Source: a virus
Virus record (IMG/VR): IMGVR_UViG_3300017720_000026
Length of the DNA stretch: 34,660 nt
Direction: 5' to 3' (one strand)
Shown here: piece by piece, positions 31,007 to 34,660 of the stretch
Layout: the number at the start of each line of letters is the position of its first letter
How positions within the stretch are numbered: the stretch's first letter is position 1
Made by a program: the position numbers and the translations under genes
Notes under the pieces: generated by a model
What the model was told of the DNA's origin: nothing
Database searches by the model: none
Seen by the model: the letters and a program-made list of their open reading frames with translations, nothing else

Positions 31007-32665
31007 TTACCTAACTTTTCCTTTTTTCGCAAGGAGGTTTGCTGTAATTAAACTTGAGTAGTTACCCTTAACTTCAAAAGTCATTCTAATTCTAAATGTT
31101 TTACCTGTTCTTGCCAAAGGAATTTTATATTCTCTAGGACCAGACGTTGCTGCATAGGTAGCCTTACCGTACAAAGAAGCCTGAGAACTTGAGGGACCAG
31201 CACCGTAAAGATAATTAACGGCATCACTGGTTAAGTTAAATGTTTTAGAGTATGCTGATCCATACTCGTAGTCTTTATATAGTTGGATAGTAGCAGCCGC
31301 TCCCTGTCCTCCGGTAACGGTAATTAACCCTGTCTTGATTATCTTAGCAAACACTTGATCTCCAAAGTCTGACCAGGGTGTTTGAAATAACCAACTATAG
31401 TCTGTATTAGTTGAGGTCCAACATTTTGATCCGTCCCAAGTTCCTCCCGCCGCTGTACAAGCTGCTTCATTTCCAAAGCTGGCCGTTGAGTCCGTAAGAG
31501 TTACATCGTAATATCCATCGTACTCTGCTAAAGAATCAGTCGTACCAAAATAAAGTTTACCGTCAAAAGTGTACAAAGCAGACAGAGGCTCTAAGTTAAA
31601 GGTCCACGTTGTAATCCTGGGAAACTCCATCTTACCTACAGAAAAATCAAAAACGTAGGCTTTGTCATTGTCAGGCATTAACGTGAGAATAAAACCTTCT
31701 TTCTGGTAGTATATGCTTTTAATGTTTTCTACGGCAGCCTGAGTAAGTATACGGGTAAGATCATTACGAACTGTAGTGGACAGTCCCTCAACGGGAGCCC
31801 TACCGTCTGTCTGAGTGACACGCCTTATGGAGACCAGCCCTTCGTAACTTAGGAAAAACAGATCGGCCCCTACGTACACTACGTTGTCTCTACCCGCAAG
31901 TCCAACGTCTCGTATAATTTCCTCTAAAACCATTGTGGCGGGATTAATGGCCCCGCTGTAAATAACAATGTTTTGTTTTCCAAAGATAACCAGTTTGTTT
32001 TCCAGAGAAGCCAAGTGTATAATTTCATCATTACCCCATACAGTCTTAAGGTCTAATGCTCCAGCGGCTCCTCCGTTTAATTTTTCTCCAATCAAGTTAT
32101 CGGAGTAGTAGATTGTTCCCTTGGCCTCTGTAATACCACCATAGAATACCCTACCAAACTCACCCAAAGCACAGTTAGGGTCAAAGGTTGTTACTCCAGC
32201 AGGAGCAGCATAGGCCCCTAAGTCATCTATGTCGTACCAGTTAGTCCCGTCGTAGTTAATAACTTTATGTCCTGACTGTACTCCCCAAAACTCATTGTTA
32301 AAGTTTACCCACTGCCAGTTGCTATCACTAATAGTCTGAGGACTACCTGAGAAGGACTGCTCTACTAAAGTATCTGGAGCAGTAGCAGTGTTTAGTTTTA
32401 CAATCTTAGCCCCTGTACCAGCATAATACTCTCTAGTTCTGTCTGACTTAACAAACTCTCCTATGGACTTTATGGCTCCAGTAGTGACGGGTGTAGTAAT
32501 TTGTTTAACACCCTTTCGAGGACCCATACGACCTTCTAAGTCATACACTACGTTGTTGGCTTCCGTAAGAAACTCAAGACCAAGTGTTGCACTTTGAGCT
32601 TGGGTATTAAGACCTTTTGCTCCTAATCCCGCCAGGAGTATTGAACTTGTATTTTTAGCTGGCAT
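31007..32665 (-). CDS. Tail tubular protein B-like (nozzle) protein
   Basis: 552 aa, downstream of the gp11-like gene. N-terminal ...GLNTQAQSATLGLEFLTEANNVVYDLEGRMGPRKG... resembles podovirus nozzle proteins. Confidence 0.5.
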   Translation of the reverse strand: MPAKNTSSILLAGLGAKGLNTQAQSATLGLEFLTEANNVVYDLEGRMGPRKGVKQITTPVTTGAIKSIGEFVKSDRTREYYAGTGAKIVKLNTATAPDTLVEQSFSGSPQTISDSNWQWVNFNNEFWGVQSGHKVINYDGTNWYDIDDLGAYAAPAGVTTFDPNCALGEFGRVFYGGITEAKGTIYYSDNLIGEKLNGGAAGALDLKTVWGNDEIIHLASLENKLVIFGKQNIVIYSGAINPATMVLEEIIRDVGLAGRDNVVYVGADLFFLSYEGLVSIRRVTQTDGRAPVEGLSTTVRNDLTRILTQAAVENIKSIYYQKEGFILTLMPDNDKAYVFDFSVGKMEFPRITTWTFNLEPLSALYTFDGKLYFGTTDSLAEYDGYYDVTLTDSTASFGNEAACTAAGGTWDGSKCWTSTNTDYSWLFQTPWSDFGDQVFAKIIKTGLITVTGGQGAAATIQLYKDYEYGSAYSKTFNLTSDAVNYLYGAGPSSSQASLYGKATYAATSGPREYKIPLARTGKTFRIRMTFEVKGNYSSLITANLLAKKGKVR

Positions 32666-33311
32666 ACCAAGTATTCTCGTCTACAGTCCTATCAGAGTCT
32701 TGAGAAATAGCGTCAGTTAAAGAAAGAGTAAACCGTTGTCCAGCAGTATCTGACACAGTACCCCCGTCTTCCCCACGCTCGTTTAGTGCAAGAGAGTAGG
32801 CTCCAAGAACAATAAGGTTTTCAGGTACGGTAAAAGTATCTGCCGCTAGAGTACGGTCTGTTTGAGGAATAACTACGTTTACTTTAATGTCGTATGCTCC
32901 TGCCGGTGTGGGCCAAAAGTGTATGTCATTATCCTTTAAACGAAAGTAAGTAGGTTGACCAGTTTGTGTAGTACCTATGTAAGTGTAGTTAAGAAATTGA
33001 GCATCGCTGATTTGTCTTAAGACTGCATCGTTTGTATTATCAAAAACCTGAAGGATGCGAGAACGGCTGGTTACATTAGACATATCGTAAGCTGCTGTTG
33101 AAGCTGAAGTTGTTACAGTTTCTATGGAACGAAGGGAGGTCCAGTTCCAAGCGTCCTCTACAATATCCTTAGCTTCATTAACCAGTTCACCAATAAGTTT
33201 TTGATAGTCATCTACGTTACCTGCCGCAGAAATAACTCCTGACCAGTCTGCGCCTATAGTATCTTCTCGTAGTCTTGTAAGTACTTTGTCAATAACTGTT
33301 CTATAACTCAT
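32655..33311 (-). CDS. Tail tubular protein A-like (adaptor) protein
   Basis: 218 aa. The N-terminal VIDKVLTRLRED...LIGELVNEAKDIVEDAWNWTSL pattern and its position before the nozzle-like gene fit this call. Confidence 0.45.
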   Translation of the reverse strand: MSYRTVIDKVLTRLREDTIGADWSGVISAAGNVDDYQKLIGELVNEAKDIVEDAWNWTSLRSIETVTTSASTAAYDMSNVTSRSRILQVFDNTNDAVLRQISDAQFLNYTYIGTTQTGQPTYFRLKDNDIHFWPTPAGAYDIKVNVVIPQTDRTLAADTFTVPENLIVLGAYSLALNERGEDGGTVSDTAGQRFTLSLTDAISQDSDRTVDENTWYAS

Positions 33312-33760
33312 GTTATTTCCTCATCTAAAAATAATTCTCTTTCCGCAACTCGTCTACGAAGAAGTCCCTTTATTGGTCTGCCCCCTGCAAACTTCCATCT
33401 TAAGAACTCATCGGCACATCCTAAGTAGTCTTTACGGTTTAGCTTCATTCTGGCTGTACTTCTTTGGAAGGCTCCAGAACCTACGTTGTACACAAAACTA
33501 CATAAAGCTGCAAACTGGTTTTCCGTTAGAGGGACCTTAACTAAACTAGCAATACGACCTTCTGTAGTCTTAAGATCTCTTTCCATTAAGTCTACTGCTT
33601 GATCTTTAGTAATGTTAGGGTGGTCAGCAGTAACCCTTTTGCCATTTACACCATAAATTGAACCAAAACCTATTGTCCATATTCCAGCTACGTCTTTATA
33701 TGGTTCTTCAGAAAATCCCTCAAAGTCCTTTAGTAAGTGAAGACCTTTGTCATTTATCAT
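33308..33760 (-). CDS. Endolysin, GH24 (T4-type) lysozyme
   Basis: LLKDFEGFSEEPYKDVAGIWTIGFG carries the E-x8-D-x5-T catalytic triad spacing. Start at ATG 33760 (ATGA overlap with the holin stop) or 33769. The track's long N-terminal extension is rejected. Confidence 0.85.
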   Translation of the reverse strand: MINDKGLHLLKDFEGFSEEPYKDVAGIWTIGFGSIYGVNGKRVTADHPNITKDQAVDLMERDLKTTEGRIASLVKVPLTENQFAALCSFVYNVGSGAFQRSTARMKLNRKDYLGCADEFLRWKFAGGRPIKGLLRRRVAERELFLDEEIT

Positions 33761-34191
33761 TTCGACCATTTCGACACTAAGCGTTGACCGAACCAAAAAC
33801 TGATAATAACACTGAAGATTCCGACTATCTCGTCTGACCATAGGTTCCTGAAAATTTCCTGACTGATCATATCGAATGCCGAAAGAAAAGTAAGCAATAC
33901 AAATTCCAAGAAAAAGAAATATGTAATGAGCGGTCTTACTGTAGCGGAAAGATTTACAACCCATTGACTTGCCCTTTTGGTTTGTTCATCTACATTCTTA
34001 TGTACAGCTATATTTACTTCGCCTACGCTGGCTATTAAAGCCTCGTCTCGCTTGTCCTGGGCCTGTTGAGCCATTAGTTTTAGCTCGTGTTCTTTATCCC
34101 GCTGATCTTGTTTGGCATCCATAAACATTTTAAACAGACCAGGGCCAGTAGAAGTAACAAACCCAAGTACTGATCCAACAAGACTAAGCAT
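33757..34191 (-). CDS. Putative holin (three hydrophobic segments; resembles the GTA-type 3TM holin family)
   Basis: 144 aa, immediately upstream of the lysozyme. It has an N-terminal hydrophobic segment, a charged K/Q/D linker, then RPLITYFFFLEFVLLTFLSAF and IVGIFSVIISFWFG. Confidence 0.6.
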   Translation of the reverse strand: MLSLVGSVLGFVTSTGPGLFKMFMDAKQDQRDKEHELKLMAQQAQDKRDEALIASVGEVNIAVHKNVDEQTKRASQWVVNLSATVRPLITYFFFLEFVLLTFLSAFDMISQEIFRNLWSDEIVGIFSVIISFWFGQRLVSKWSK

Positions 34192-34438
34192 TTATTTCTT
34201 CCGCTCCTTGTGTTTTTGTATCTGGTTCTTTTTGTTCTTCTTGTTCAGAATTTTTTGGAGGATCAAATCTAATATCTTTACAATAACCAGCCCAACTTTT
34301 TATTATTCCCATGTCTTGCATTGGTTGAAATTGAGATATAATAACTTCTGAAGGTGGACACTCTTCTACTATTGCAATGTTATGCGTTATGGTATCATCT
34401 TGATGCCAAAGAAATATCAATAAAAAAAGTTTTGTCAT
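34184..34438 (-). CDS. Small protein with an N-terminal hydrophobic anchor (84 aa)
   Basis: MTKLFLLIFLW... followed by an acidic C-terminus. No lipobox, so it is not a canonical o-spanin. Confidence 0.5.
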   Translation of the reverse strand: MTKLFLLIFLWHQDDTITHNIAIVEECPPSEVIISQFQPMQDMGIIKSWAGYCKDIRFDPPKNSEQEEQKEPDTKTQGAEEINA

Positions 34439-34660
34439 GGGTGAACTCCATTGTGCATTTTATGTTGCCTGTCTACTTCTTTTTCTAAGTGTTGTATTGA
34501 TACTTCCATTTTAGCTACTTGTTTATTCTGGTTAGCCAAAGCAGAAACTGAATTAATTTCAGCCAATGTTTTTACTTTTGATGCTACTACTTCATGCCCA
34601 CTTTCTAAACTATCTATTCGTTTATCTATTTCTCTAAGTCTTTTTTCTACATCAGCTAAA
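34435..34660 (-). CDS. C-terminal part of the wrapped 111-aa ORF (34538..34660 duplicates 1..123)
   Basis: Continuation ...LANQNKQVAKMEVSIQHLEKEVDRQHKMHNGVHP. The stop TGA 34437..34435 overlaps the ATG of 34184..34438. Confidence 0.6.
   Translation of the reverse strand, partial: LADVEKRLREIDKRIDSLESGHEVVASKVKTLAEINSVSALANQNKQVAKMEVSIQHLEKEVDRQHKMHNGVHP
34538..34660. repeat. Terminal direct repeat copy 2 (identical to 1..123)
   Basis: Exact 123-nt identity with the window start. Confidence 0.9.

Noticed and set aside
33761-33964. Long N-terminal extension of the lysozyme ORF (track start 33964), and likewise 2247..2312 for the LamG protein and 30208..30237 for the 491-aa protein.
   Set aside because: The extensions overlap upstream genes in another frame and have implausible composition. 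Internal ATGs sit in the operon's typical ATGA/TAATG coupling position or follow an RBS.

Overview
The window is a complete tailed-phage genome closed on itself. Bases 1..123 are identical to 34538..34660, giving a unique length of 34,537 bp, and an ORF reads straight through the junction. A ~620-bp control region (9794..10411) drives two divergent arms.

The rightward arm (10.4-22.2 kb, + strand) starts with small early ORFs. It then carries a T7-supergroup-like replication module: gp2.5-like SSB, gp4-like primase-helicase, a low-GC HNH endonuclease, family A DNA polymerase, a PD-(D/E)XK nuclease, endonuclease I and a class II ribonucleotide reductase. I can recognise no phage RNA polymerase.

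The leftward arm (- strand, 9.8 kb down to 1, continuing from 34.5 kb down to 22.45 kb) carries, in order: small and large terminase, portal, scaffold and major capsid; fibre-like, LamG and chaperone-like genes; a membrane-protein/holin/GH24 lysozyme cluster; tail-tubular-like genes; large putative internal virion proteins; and small polybasic proteins. The arms converge on a 13-bp-stem hairpin at 22363..22394.

The most interesting unexplained signals are these:
1. A 15-bp palindrome, CTGGGA-N3-TCCCAG, occurs six times and only in the rightward arm. Three copies sit exactly 18 nt upstream of an ATG. One of those is inside the primase-helicase gene, just after its zinc finger, which predicts a T7 gp4A/gp4B-like short isoform.
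2. A near-consensus sigma70 late promoter is followed by a leader with five YTTAAGAA/CTTAAGTA repeats and a terminator-shaped hairpin in front of the structural operon.
3. A 22-bp inverted repeat encloses an 83-nt GC-rich insert in the leader of the replication operon.
4. A sigma54-type -24/-12 element lies in the early leader.
5. Other points include an EF-hand loop in a putative internal virion protein, seven tiny poly-lysine proteins, and T7-like acidic C-termini ending in Phe on both the SSB and the helicase.

All functional calls come from motif recognition by eye. No database search was run.
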